Part shown: positions 25,201 to 37,600 of the stretch, in pieces
Numbering within the stretch: position 1 is the stretch's first letter
How the letters are laid out: each line of letters starts with the position of its first letter
The notes under the pieces: generated by a model
Told to the model about the DNA's origin: nothing
Databases searched by the model: none
What the model saw: only the letters and a program-made list of their open reading frames with translations
Assembly (NCBI GenBank): GCA_030295235.1
Contig: AP026145.1
Coordinates: forward strand, 434,001-498,000
DNA: 64,000 bases
Reading direction: 5' to 3'
From: Fistulifera solaris
Lineage: Eukaryota
Program-made: the position numbers and the translations under genes

Positions 25201-28200
25201 TTTGTCACTGAAGTCAAATGACGAGGAGGGCATGATTACGTCGGCATACGTGGAACGTATTGTTTCGTTGTACCGAAAAGAGTGCACTGCTGCCCTAAAA
25301 TTATTCAAGAAGAAATCTGGATTCAAGGAAAGGTCGAAGGAAATCATTATGAGCCTCGCAAACGATCTCGAAGCAGAATTGAACTCGCCTGTTTCGTTAT
25401 TATCGCGAGACTGGCTCTATCGAAGATCTAAATGGAATTGCTCTGCGCTGAGCACATCATTAAAAAGCCGGAGCAGTTCCTACAACTTCAATGGAAGTAT
25501 CTCTTTTATGGAATCACCTTGCTTTTGCTTTTCAAAGAAAATTCTCTCCGTGTAAGCTTGTCCTCGTCAAGACAGACTTTTATTTCCGAAAAGAAGATTA
25601 AGCGACGAGCGGTTCAGGCTGATTCGAGGGGAAGGCTTTTTATTGGAGAATCTTACTCCGTTCTTATTTGTAACGGTTTTGCTGCATGTCGCTTTTTTCG
25701 ACATGAAACAAATGTCGCAGGTAGTTCACGGCAAGCTCTTGGAATCATAAAATCAATATCAATTCCATTTGAAGCTATTGGTTTACAGCTTGCGCCAGGA
25801 AACGAACGAATATGTGCTGTTTGGGGCAGCAACCAGGTTACTATTTTTGTGATGAAGCAGACCCTCGATGATTATGAACGGCGGATCAATTTTTCCATCA
25901 ACATCGATGAAGTAGGGGCATCTCAAGACATACTGAAATGTCACTGGCTATATGGGTCAGCCCGTTACCTCGTCGTATCGTGTTGCGAAATGTTGCTGTT
26001 CTATGATATCGAGGCTCCGGATAGAACACCAGTTGCCACCCTACGAAGTCCTGTCGTGGATGCAGGTATTTCATTGGAAATCGACGATTTTATCAGTGTC
26101 CCTATCCAGCATTCACCAAGTAAGGGTCAATCATGGGAAGTGTTTGTTGTGCTAAGAGATGGCACCCTGTCTAGCACGATTTTGACAGCAACGCATGAGC
26201 TTCAACATTTATGTCTACCCTATTCGCAGCTTTCCAGGGGCCAAGGGATGTCAGTTGAAAGTGTTTCATGTGGGGAAAGTCTTACGGCAAATCCTTGTCG
26301 GATGCATTTTTTGTCAAAAAGTTCTCTCCTCTTATTTCAGAAGGGGCCGTTCGTGCACGCGTTGCTGATCAACGGCGAAGGAAAGGTTGACCACAGCTTC
26401 CCACTTCTTCCAAACCGTTTAAGCTTAAAGCGATCAGGCAGTCAAGAAACAGTTGCGGTCGCGGATTATACACACTGGTGTGAATTAGGATTAGTCAGCG
26501 ATGAATCATCTCAGCCCTATTTTCGGATAACTTGCATCGCTCAACAAGAGTCATCGGATCGACAACATCTAGTGATTGTTGATTTTAACAGTGAAAAGAC
26601 AAACATTAAAGTGGCAAGTCTCACACAGGACAACGACAGCTGTTTCTGTCAGTCTGGAATAGATGTTATAGGCTGTGCGACACTTTCTTTCCGCTTGTTG
26701 AAAAGTCTGGTGACCAGCGGACTGTGAAGAAAGAGAAAGCGTCAATTTGCATGGTCTCGGCGAAAGGATCTTTAATTGGCTTCATAGATGACGGTTTGAT
26801 TCCGCTGAAGTTTTCAGTTGACCCTGTCGTGGACCGAAAAGGGAATATCGAGAGACAACCAGAGCGTCTCATTGAATCAGACGCTTCTCTGCTATCATTT
26901 GAAAATTTGACATTTATCGAAAGGTGGGTAGGCGCGCGTGAAAGTTATGACTTCTCTCTTCTTTTCTCACTATATCTCCTACATCGATTAAGTTCGGATG
27001 AGATGAAATCGAGACTTTTCCGTGAGATAAATAATATCGAACATCCAGAACTTGACGGTTTAACACTGAGCATCGTCTCGCCATGTGCGAACATGGTGGT
27101 AGTAACTGTCCGTGTCAGGATATCTACAGAAATAGCAACGGTTTCGGGATCTAAACGGTGGCTCGATTTCCATTTGACCATGCAAGAAATCATCGCTGGG
27201 ATCCGTTGTGGTGTATTTTCGTTCCACATCAGCAAAAGCTTCTTTGGGAGAAGCAAAGCTAACATCGACGGCCTAGAATTGTACGGTGTAGAAAGGGCTT
27301 CTTTTGACCCGTGGATACCGAATTCAGTGTCCCCGTACGACTCATGGCAAACACTGGGTGCTACCGAAGGAAAACTGACGAGATCGCAAAGACTCTGTCT
27401 GATCATCTATGGACTTAGCGGTTGCGCGTCTTTCTTCGATTGCCGTGCTACCGCGGCGTGTGATAATGCGATTTTAAGTAATATTACAACAGAGACCTTT
27501 CTCAGCGGTGATGTCGAAATGAGTGATGCTTTGAAGCAGTTGATCGCGTCCACCTCGGAGGGTGAGCACCAAGACCTTCTGGACTACGCTTTGATTGTGT
27601 CGTGTCTAAGTGTCCTAGAACAGCTGCGCATTAACTTCTTTGTGCAGCAAGCAGGCGGCACGGAGTCGCGTAGTACTGTCTGGCGCCGATTTCGGCCTAC
27701 TTTGAGGGCATACCTCAGATGTGTTGCCGCTGTTGCTCGACTACGGCCCAATAATTATTTTCGGTCGCATGATCGCTTCTCTGGGTCTATCGCTAAACAA
27801 ATAAAAGTGCTTTTGGACGACGAGATCCTTCATTCGCTGGATAATGCTGAAATCATTTCCGATTTCGTTGAACTTGCGCTTCTCGAGTGTGCAGTCGCGA
27901 GAAACTTCGGCGAGAACTTTGACTCGCGAAAGAAATTTGCGGATTTCACACTTTTAAAGCCAGTTCTCACCGGCACCAATCGGCTTCTTGTACAAAGAGC
28001 CGCTCTTGATGTTATGAATTTCTGCAAAAAGTATAGCAGCGAAGAAAATCTTTCAGAAGAAGAGACGGATCTTTTTGTCACGACTCACTCAATGGGCGTA
28101 TATTATTGCTGCGATTTTTGCGACATGCAAATTAAGGGTGTTCGCTACGCACTCGAGGACAAAGATAACCACGTTGACCTTTGTCGAAAGTGCTACAACG

Positions 28201-31200
28201 ATGCGTATCAGTATGCGCATACTCTTAGATTTAGCGCTAATGAAGACGTTGTTTTAGGTCAGGACTCCAAAGAAGATCGGCCAAGACTGACCTGCGCTGA
28301 AGTGAAAAGACTGAAGCCGCATAAAGAAGTGGCAGAAAGTTCTGGCATTGATTCAGATAATGATGCCGTTGGGGAAGTCCAAGCGCAAGTCTTTGAGAGA
28401 CAGCAGCTTTTTGGCGATTTCGTGGACGGTCTCGTTTGTACAATTGGAAATATGGTGGCCGTGGAACTTGAGAAGCAACCACTTCACATTGCCCCTTTGA
28501 TAGCTCTCGTAGATGAGTTACATCATTCAAGTGATTATGGTTCCCGCTGCGATAGAGAGGCTTGGTTAACAAGGAAACTTGTCGAAGGGCTTTCACGGAC
28601 TTTACAACGTCTTCCACTTCCATCTCCTCCAACAAGCGAAATGGCATTGCTTCTAGTTTGCGTACAAAATTTTACATTAGCTTTGACCAGCTTTGTCGTT
28701 CCTGACCAACAAGCACGAGACTATTTGATTGATCCCTTCAACGACGACGGATCCCATCATGTAGTTGACAGCGATTCACCGTCACGATACAAATGTAACC
28801 ATGGCATGCCTGCTGCGCTTCGTATGCTAAAGCAGGAGCCACTGAGCCATCGTTCATTTTATTCCTGCTCTATGAAGTCGAAAGCCCAAAAATGCAATTA
28901 TTTTGAATGGTCAGACGATTCTTCTTGCCAGCGACGGCCTTTATTTAACGAGAACGTCGCGCGAAAGATTTGGGAAATGGTTTCTACAACACAACCTGGT
29001 CTTAGGCATTCTACAGAAAGATTGCTTTGTTACCTTACGAGACATCTTCTGCCCGCGATCGAGGCTTCTTCTCGCGAAGCGATCAAGGGTAGGGGAGGCG
29101 ACGTGGCAAGTTACCAGTGAAGACGTTCTTAGGAATTTCAATGACGGGGTTTTTTGTAGCGTATGCCGTGTGCACGACGCCTTTGACGACTCGCCACGCA
29201 ATGAACAAATGCAATCTAAAAATTCACATTTAGCCCAAGTCCGTTCTATTCTGGAACTCCTTTCCCTTGTCGGTGACGAAGGCGAAGTTGATTTGTGGTT
29301 CGACCCGCTTTGCGCAATCCTAGTATCCGCTCATGAGAATACTTCGAGTCTTCGGCCACTTGCAAAGCGGTGTCTCTTTCAACTTTGCGGAAAATCCCCG
29401 TCGCTGTTTCTGGAGGTACGCGACACGTTCCTCTTCGAAATCGATTCGAAAGTCTCATGGCGATGTGTCAAGAGGTCAAGGATTACTGTTTAATTTTGAA
29501 CAGAAAGGCTTTACAACAGAAGAGGAGAGGTCAAGACTTGGAAAAGCTGGGATGGGAAAAATGTCTCTTCGTGAGATCATTAATTTTACTGATCTCATAA
29601 CCGAAAATGCATCGGTACAAGACTGTTCATCCAAGTTTGGCGCGGCCTTGGAAGAGCTTCTGATGCATGCCTCTAAGCGGCCTAAAAACTGGATAGCTTT
29701 TTGTCAGTCAAGAGGGTATAGACCAATGAATATTGAGGGTGGCGATTTATACCGTCATCCAATCTGTGACGTTCTCGCACTACCAACGCTTCTGACCGGT
29801 GACAACCGTTTACATTCAATGAAATTGGCCAGCCTTGCGTTTCTGTCGCCCTCGACACCTGCTAATTTCCAGGAATACTTAGTATCGCCATCGGAAGCTC
29901 AAAGCGTGAGCGGGTCAATAAGTAAAGGAGAAAAGGAAGATGACATTGTCGCTTTCATCATACGATTTGTCTGCGGCGACGAGTCGCAAGAAGTCCGTCG
30001 ATTAGCCACTGTTGTCGCACGGGGATTATGTGAGGGAGAACTAGAGGCGGCACAACTTTTTACTCGCTTACTGAAGAGACAAGTTGCAATGACGGGAAAC
30101 ATGGGAAAATTTTTTGTTGAGTTCTTTGATTTGCTAAACACGTTGGTGCGGGCGACTAGAAAAGAATACATTGACACTCATTCAATGCTTGCTTTAGTCG
30201 AGTTCCTTTTTCGCGAGCAGACATCCGCCAACCACTGCGATCAATCTAGAGGAACGACACATTGTTCTGAAACCAAGAAGAATGTTTCAATTCAAAAGAC
30301 AAGATTTGATCTTATCCCATGTGGTCACATAATTAGCCGCCCCCAACAAAGACAAAAACTAAGAGACACCCTGAACAAGTAGGTCGATTCGCTCGTTTTC
30401 GACTCAAAACAGGCCCAACCTTGTCATCAAGCAACGAGTTCAATCACTTTGTTGTCTTACCCCATCGAAGCGTTATCTCTGAAATACATTTAGAGATAAA
30501 CGACCCTCATGGTCGGTTCGTGAAGACCATCAACTTCTACTACTCTCCGCGACCGGTGAGCAGTCCTGCTGAGATGAAAGAAGCCGATTATTCTCGTGTA
30601 TGGAAACCTTGCGGGAAACTTAATTTGGAGAAAGCAGCCGAAAAAATATCGTTGAAGCTCGAAGATTTGGTTTCAGCGTCTAATATACGCATCGAGTTCG
30701 ACGAATTCTATGAGCGCCCGGGAAGTCATAAATCAGATGAATTTGTTATTCATTGCCCTCGTTGTATGCGAGTTGTAACAAATGCGCACGGTGTATGCGG
30801 CAGCTGCGGGAAGTAGCTTTCCAGTGCAGAAAATGCCGCCATATCAACTATGACAGGTTGAATGCATTCCTCTGTGTTGAATGTGGCTATTGTGCATCGG
30901 GTGGACTGGCGTACGAATTAACAGCTGCAGTTGCAACAAACGCAGTTGCTATCACTTGTGACAATGATTACAAAGAAGCGCTTTCAATGCTCGCCTGGGG
31001 CTCTAAAATAACGGAAGACCTACGAGCTGGTCTAAAAGCAAGCTTGAGTGAACTTTCGGCACAATGTTTGAAAAAACCAGCTATCGACGGCTCCGGACTG
31101 ATTGGTAGGGCATTCGAAGGCCACCTGCCACTGAAACCCGGTACAACGGAACTTAAGTCGGAGAAACCATCGCTGAAACAATTCGACAAGTTAGGTTCCG

Positions 31201-31952
31201 TTGTAAGGGCTATCGCGGAAAAACGACATGCCGCTGATAGACCCAGCTCCCAAAACGCTGTCAATAGTCACTTGCGCGGGTTTCATCGAGACGAGTTTGA
31301 CGACGCTTCAGAATTCTTTGGTGGATTATTGGAAAGTTCCGGAATGAGTACAGGTTTGGATCGTCTCATGGCCTCGGTTCGGCGTCAGCGTGAGCGAAAC
31401 GACAACCCTGACGCCGCACAACACCAACCTCCTCCAAAGAATGGCGTCGCCGAGTGTGAGCATATGTATCATCTATTCCACGAGGCACAACGAGAATGTT
31501 TCCGGCTTGAACGCCGTATTGAGGCTTGGCAAAGGCTTGAGACAGGAAGAATGTTGAGTGACGAACATAAAAGCTTAGCGGGCTTCCAGCCATCAAGATG
31601 CTCCGTTTGTTCCCCACTCGTTACCAGACATCTTCTTTTGTTGTGGCACTCTTTGTTTCTGCTTGATCCGAAGGAGGCACGAGTCAGTGACGGCATGTTA
31701 GCCATTTTGTTGACAGAAGATGTCCTGACGATGAACGACGTCCAAGAGATGAAACGGGACATAGTAAAAGACATAGCTGTTAAATCGGAGAAAGGGCGTT
31801 CTGCAATTCTGGCAGCACTAAACAATCGAATGATTGACAGACATTGTGCTGAAATTATTGGAACCATTTTGAAAGAAGAAACCGATCCAGGAATTGTAAA
31901 TCCTTTTCTGGCGCTTGCGGACCGCATCCTTGATTGCAACCTTGCACTGTAA
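19282..31952 (+). CDS. UBR4: UBR4/BIG/Pushover-like giant protein, N-terminal part (UBR box, beta-rich region, ZZ-like finger, GRF-like finger, Cys-rich domain); lacks the C-terminal ligase module; many apparent frameshifts
   Basis: ATG at 19282 then a GTAAGT intron. UBR box [55 protein letters not shown] at ~24850-25084 (intron inside). ZZ-like CCDFCDMQIKGVRY...DLCRKCY at ~28100-28200. UBR4 Cys-rich HCPRCMRVVTNAHGVCGSCGEVAFQCRKCRHINYDRLNAFLCVECGYC at ~30750-30893. Stop TAA at 31952. Confidence 0.85.
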
Positions 31953-32641
31953 ATACTCTTTGGGGTAGCATGAAGGATAAAATAGAAGCTTCTTTTGCTA
32001 TGCGTGAAATTAAACTGAAGGATTTTGGAACCCTCGGAGAATAGACCGAATTCTCGGGTTATCTACTACAATAAACTCACAAGCATGTCATTATCTTCCA
32101 ACTCTGTTTTTTTTAAAAAAAAGCTACTAGGAGGCTAGGGACAACTTTGAAAACGCTTTGGAATATATTAGCTGGTCATTTACTCCGCATCAGTTGTTGA
32201 GTCGGAAGACTGAACGGAAATGGTTTGAGACATTGAGACTTGATGTTACTGACGATTCGATTCGTCACCATAGGCGAACCCACCGTTACCATTAGCGATA
32301 GAGGGCCTCTTTGAAATCTCCAGAGCTAGTTTAGAGAGCTCTTAGCACTCTTAACCTACGACCTACCCAAAACAATCACGGAGTCGTTACCTAGCTCCGG
32401 GGTACGCAATAAAAATAAATCTGACCGGCATTCAAAACAAAATTTTAACGATATCTTATCGGCACTCAATCCGCTATTTATTTACTCCGTATTTCTTGCT
32501 TTGCTTTTTCTCCCACGAGCGTTGATGAGACAGCAAAGTATATACGGAGTAAATGAATAAAGCAATGCCAGTCGTGGTAATTGGGAAGTAATCACACCGT
32601 AATTCATTCAAAACGGTAGCTGTAAGAAAAATCCTGCGAAA

Positions 32642-33337
32642 ATGAGTGGTTTTCTTGCGAAAGCGAAGAACACAGCGATTATTACCAAGATCAAGGGTGA
32701 AATCGCTCTCTTAGATCGTGAAGAGAAGCAGCAGCGGCAAGCGTTTGGCGTGGAACTGTACGATCTACTCGATTCGATGTATTCGAAAAGCGGCTGGGAC
32801 AAAATGCCTCATTTTCTCGGTAAAGAGTCTCAGCAGATCAAACAAATTTTCGATGTTTGTCAGCTAGACATTCGACAACTTCTCGACAGCAAGGACGCGA
32901 AGGAACGAGAGGTGGAGCACTTACAGATCGACCGCGAACGTGCGCTTCCGCCTACAACGAACAAAGAAAAGCTTGCTCAGGCAGGGAAGTGGATGTCTTC
33001 TCAAGGCAATGAAGCAAAATTGAAGGCTGAGTCTGCTTTACTTGACCACAAGATGAAAGCAAGGAAAGGTACTTTTGGCATTGATGTGTTTTCCTTGGTA
33101 ACAGGAGATGCATCTGCTGAATCGATTCTTGGAGAGGATTCTAGCGAGTCATCGTCGAAAGGCGGTATATTAAGCGGGGTCAAAAGCGGGATTTCGAATC
33201 AAATCTCAAAATTGTCCGGAGATGAGAAGAAGATTCAGGACATCATCAAGAAGGCAATGGCGGATGATGCTCTGATTCAACAGCGAAAAGAACGTAAAAG
33301 ACGCGAGATTGCTCGATTGGAGCAAGAAATCAGCTGA
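32642..33337 (+). CDS. Hypothetical coiled-coil protein with an internal duplication
   Basis: Clean 231 aa ORF, K/E/Q-rich; repeated motif KGEIALLDREEKQQRQAFGVELYDLL vs KAESALLDHKMKARKGTFGIDVFSLV. Confidence 0.75.
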   Translation: MSGFLAKAKNTAIITKIKGEIALLDREEKQQRQAFGVELYDLLDSMYSKSGWDKMPHFLGKESQQIKQIFDVCQLDIRQLLDSKDAKEREVEHLQIDRERALPPTTNKEKLAQAGKWMSSQGNEAKLKAESALLDHKMKARKGTFGIDVFSLVTGDASAESILGEDSSESSSKGGILSGVKSGISNQISKLSGDEKKIQDIIKKAMADDALIQQRKERKRREIARLEQEIS

Positions 33338-33544
33338 TAGACGTGCGAGTCGGTGTTCAATGTCCACCAAATATCGGTTCGGCGGGACTTGCTAGGAGAG
33401 GCGAATAGTAATCAGGAATTCACCACTTACCCTGTAAGCATTGCCTGTAACCTGTAAAAGTGTCAGTTCATTGTTTCGTCTCCTACTGTTCGTATTCGGT
33501 TAAGCCTCAAGTGCTTGGATCGTATTCGGCTCTTGAATCTAACC

Positions 33545-34351
33545 TTCTATAGAGAAATTTCGAGTAGAAGGCGTTTATTGCTTCCTGATACGAATCAAGT
33601 AATCAAGTACCTTCGACAAGTAATTGTTGGCATCTGTGCCTTGTAAATAGAATCGGTTACGGTGCGGAAGGAAATGTTCACACCTGTGCACTGTAGATCC
33701 ACGAAATGGATGAAGGCGAATTTGTTCAATATCCGGGTACCCCTGCAGAGATAAATTTCCTACGGCGGCTACGTGAAATACGCGTAAACACTGGAAGTGT
33801 TGTATTATTCTACTTTCTCAGGTTTCACCGTCAGATCATAGTCGATAATAGTTGTATGGGGGCATAAGCGATGTTGGGCAAAGTATTGGTGGCATTGGCG
33901 TTCAAAAGACGCGAAAAAGGGTGTGATCAAAAATACACAATATCCGGGTACCCCTGAAGAGATAAATTTCCTAAGGCGGCTACGTGAACTACGCGTAGAC
34001 ACTGGAAGCGTTGTATTGTTCTACTCTCTCAGGTTTCACCGTCAGATCATAGTCGATAATAGTTGTATGGGGTGCATTAGCGATGTTGGGTAAATTATTG
34101 GTGACATTGGTGTTCAGAAGACGCGAATAAGGTGTGATCGAAAATACACAATATCCGGGTTGCCTTATGTCGATAAATTTCCCTACGAGAGCTACGTGAA
34201 ATAATGTAGGCATTCGAAGTTGTATCTTTTTATTCTTTTATGATTCAAAGTCAATTCAAAGTCAACTATTGTTTCTTGACACGCTGAAGCGATGTCGGGC
34301 AAAGGAACATTGACAATGGGGTCCAAAAGACGCGAAAAAAGTGTGGTCGAA
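33545..34351. repeat. Degenerate tandem array of family A in opposite orientation, ~211 bp period, 3-4 copies
   Basis: GATAAATTTCC...GCTACGTGAA with ACGTGAA at 33771, 33982 and 34194; TGTCGATAAATTTCCCTACGAGAGC and ATTGCTTCCTGATACGAA match the reverse complement of the 1-1112 unit. Confidence 0.9.
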
Positions 34352-34611
34352 CTGTTACCAGGTACAATGTTTTCGTACAGTGTACCGTACAGTAACTTCC
34401 TTCTCCCTTGCTCGTCTCCGTCCTCCGTCCTCCCTCCTCCCCCCTTTTTATCTCGCGTTCTTTTTGTTCTCCCGTTCTCCCTCATCACGCGCTGTCAATC
34501 ATTTCATTCAAGTTCCAGACCTTCTCATCATTGTGCGGATCAATTATTCATTCGCCTCAATACCTTCACAAGTCACAACACGTTGCTAACAAGAGCACAG
34601 TTTCAATCACG

Positions 34612-37600
34612 ATGAATTCCAATGATGCGGGAGACAAGTTACCGGAAGCAGGGAATTCCGCGTCAAAAGTACATGCCGGTATGTTGCCCATCACGTCCAG
34701 GACGGCGCTGCTAGCTGGGATACAACTTCATAACAGGCGAGGCGCCGTCGAAGTGGCTTTAAAGCGTGAAGAAGCAGTTCGAATAATAGAACGAGTCTGG
34801 TACCGGTATCGCCATGGTCAGAAACCCGCTTCCGAGAATTCGGCGAAACGAGAATTATCGATATCATCCCTACCGTCGTATGCATCCAGCTACAAAGAAC
34901 ACTGGCTTTGAAATCGCTACGCTCGTATTCAAAGTTGGAGCGGGAGACTGCCGCCAACCTTCTCATCGACACTATCGAGGGACCTGATCTGGACTACGAA
35001 CATCAAAGACGTATCCCACCAATGGTCCGTTTGTTCCAGCGTCATGTGGTTCTGCGCAATGATTTACCGGCAGAAGTTGCTTTAGAGTGGGTGGCAATTT
35101 TGCAAACCATGATTTCGAGGGAACCGCGGTGTTTTCTTACCTATTGGGATTGGGTGACGGACGCTATTTGGCGTTGCGCCCATCGTCGTGATCTAACCGC
35201 ATTGTGCTCCCTGACCAACCTAGTGTTTCAATTGTCGATCCAGACATCGTCAAATTCTGAAAATTCCAAAGATGCATTACTAACATTCAATCGTGACATG
35301 CTTTGGGGAGATAAAAGGCTCAAGCAAATTGTATCAGATGACGACGACGATCACAAAAACGTCATCGAAACTGCAGTTCACATGAGCCCTCTAGCGCGTT
35401 TGATTGGAGCGTATTTCGCTACTTTGGCCGAAGGGTCACAACTCACTTCTACGCCGTCTGCACGTAACGAGACTTTGTCGATGCTGAAGCAAATTATTGA
35501 CCCGACGGTAGCCCCAGCCATTATTCCCGACAGTGCAGTTTCGACAAATAAACGGGAAATTGACGAAACTGCGGAAGACGCCGCGAATCCATCACCCCGA
35601 AAACGAAGACGAACGGTCAGTCTCTTGGAGGGCTACGATAGCGATTTTACAAATACAGGTGCTGCGACTGCAGCGGATCCTTCGAACGAGGCTTTAGAGT
35701 GGGCGGATGAATACAACGGAGAAGACGACGAGGAGGAAGAAGACGAAGAAAATGCGCATAAAACTGATGGTCGATCGGAAAACAATGTTGGAGGAGAGCC
35801 GACTGAAAGAAGCCACAGCCGATCATTTGGGTACGGCGAAGATGAACACAACGAAGACGTTGACGATGAGGAGAGCAAAAGTAAAGAGGAAGAAAACAAC
35901 GATGAACATAGTGAGGACGACGATGACGTGGATGATGAAGATTACGGCCACATGTACCGCAGCGAAAAGTTGGAGATTGCTGGTTCCGATGAAAGTGAAG
36001 TCGAAGAAAGCGACGAAGAAGAGGATGTAGAAGCAGAGGATGATGATGTTATGGTCGCGGTCGAAGCAAATGAGAGTACCAATCTTCAGGGCGGTGCGAA
36101 AGCGTCGGGAGGCGATAATCAGAAGTCTGAAAACGATCAAGTTGAGGAGCGTGTGCTGACCTTACCTCTGCATCCTCCAACGGCAGAACGGCAGAAAATG
36201 TATATCGCAGCCTGCATGGAAGTGCTGGCAACGCGCTACCCACCATCCCAGCACACTGTTGGTGGTTGGTGTCGTCAGTCGCACCTTCCATGGCAAGGCG
36301 AACACGATTTGATCAAATCAATCAACAGTGTTATCAAACCTCAAAAGAAACCTTTGAATATTAAAGTCATCATGCGTCGTGCACCCACTCAAGAAGAGTT
36401 CTTTCGCGGATCACTATCGCAAAACCCTGTCCCAATATCTGCGCTGAAAATTCAAAACACACGTCGTTCCAATAATACAGATGTGAGCGAACCAACTGTC
36501 GGTGATCTTCGTCAGCATATCGCCGATGATTTACAAATGTCAGACAGCGCTGAACTCATTGAGATTCTTGTCGCCAACAAGATCTTGGATACAAATCTGA
36601 AACTTCGCGTAGTTCATCAAGTACTATGGCGACAACATTTGATTGAACAACCATCTTCGGGCGTGATGTCGTTCTTATCATCATCTGGTAGCTTTTTTTG
36701 CTAGGGGTAGCGGCCTTTCCATTTTCTTTTCATCTGATCGCGATCACGACGATGAAACTCGATCGTCCAACGCTGTTACGGAAGCTACACCACTCTCGGA
36801 ATTGCCATCACTTTTAGCTACATATCGACTAGCAGGTGTAGATGGCGAGGCGACGGAAGATACAGTGGGTGTTGGCGACATTATCGACCCTGATGCACCA
36901 TCGAAAGCGTCGTCCCCAGAAGAAAAGGAGCGCCAGTTGGAAGCTGAATTTGGTAACACACGTTTAGTAACCAATGGAAAAGGCGTATGTGTAATGCTTC
37001 GGTCTATACAGCACTCTGTGCTGGAGGCAGTTCGAAAAGTTTATAGGGATGACGTGGATTGCAACAAGACCAACCCGTCACGCTTGTCTCTCCGTCAAAG
37101 TCAGCCGTGTGAGGGGCTGCAGCTTCTTCGTCATTGTGCAAAACTTCAGCAAAATAGAAAGCGTCTTCTACAAGCTCGCGCTCCAACCATGTTGCTCACT
37201 CTTCTTCTCGAGGTACTCAAAGCACTCGAAGGTGACAACAGCAGCACCTTAGATGCAACAGCTAACTGTCCGACTGCTGAACTGCTCCAGGAACTCATCG
37301 AGTCGTTGACCTCTGATATATCGATCACAAATGCTGATACAGGAGACGACTATGAGGTATATGTTGATTTTGACGCATCAAGCATGCCTTTATTACTTAC
37401 ATCAATCGAATCGATGTGTCTAAGTGCGCCACTCCGACGAGTTATAGCCAAGCTTCTACCCTTCCTTACATACGGACGCTCAGATTTATCTTGTGAGCTT
37501 GCTCAGCAATTCGATCGTCACATATGTTTGCATAAGATAGCGGACATTGAAGCTTGCAAATCCCAGAAGAGCGAGTCTGTTCTCATGAAGACCTTGGTAG

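Noticed and set aside
34528..34541. TCATTGTG(C/T)GGATC after pyrimidine tracts next to both family A arrays (also ~1148)
   Set aside because: Same strand although the arrays are in opposite orientation; a short match that cannot be separated from chance.
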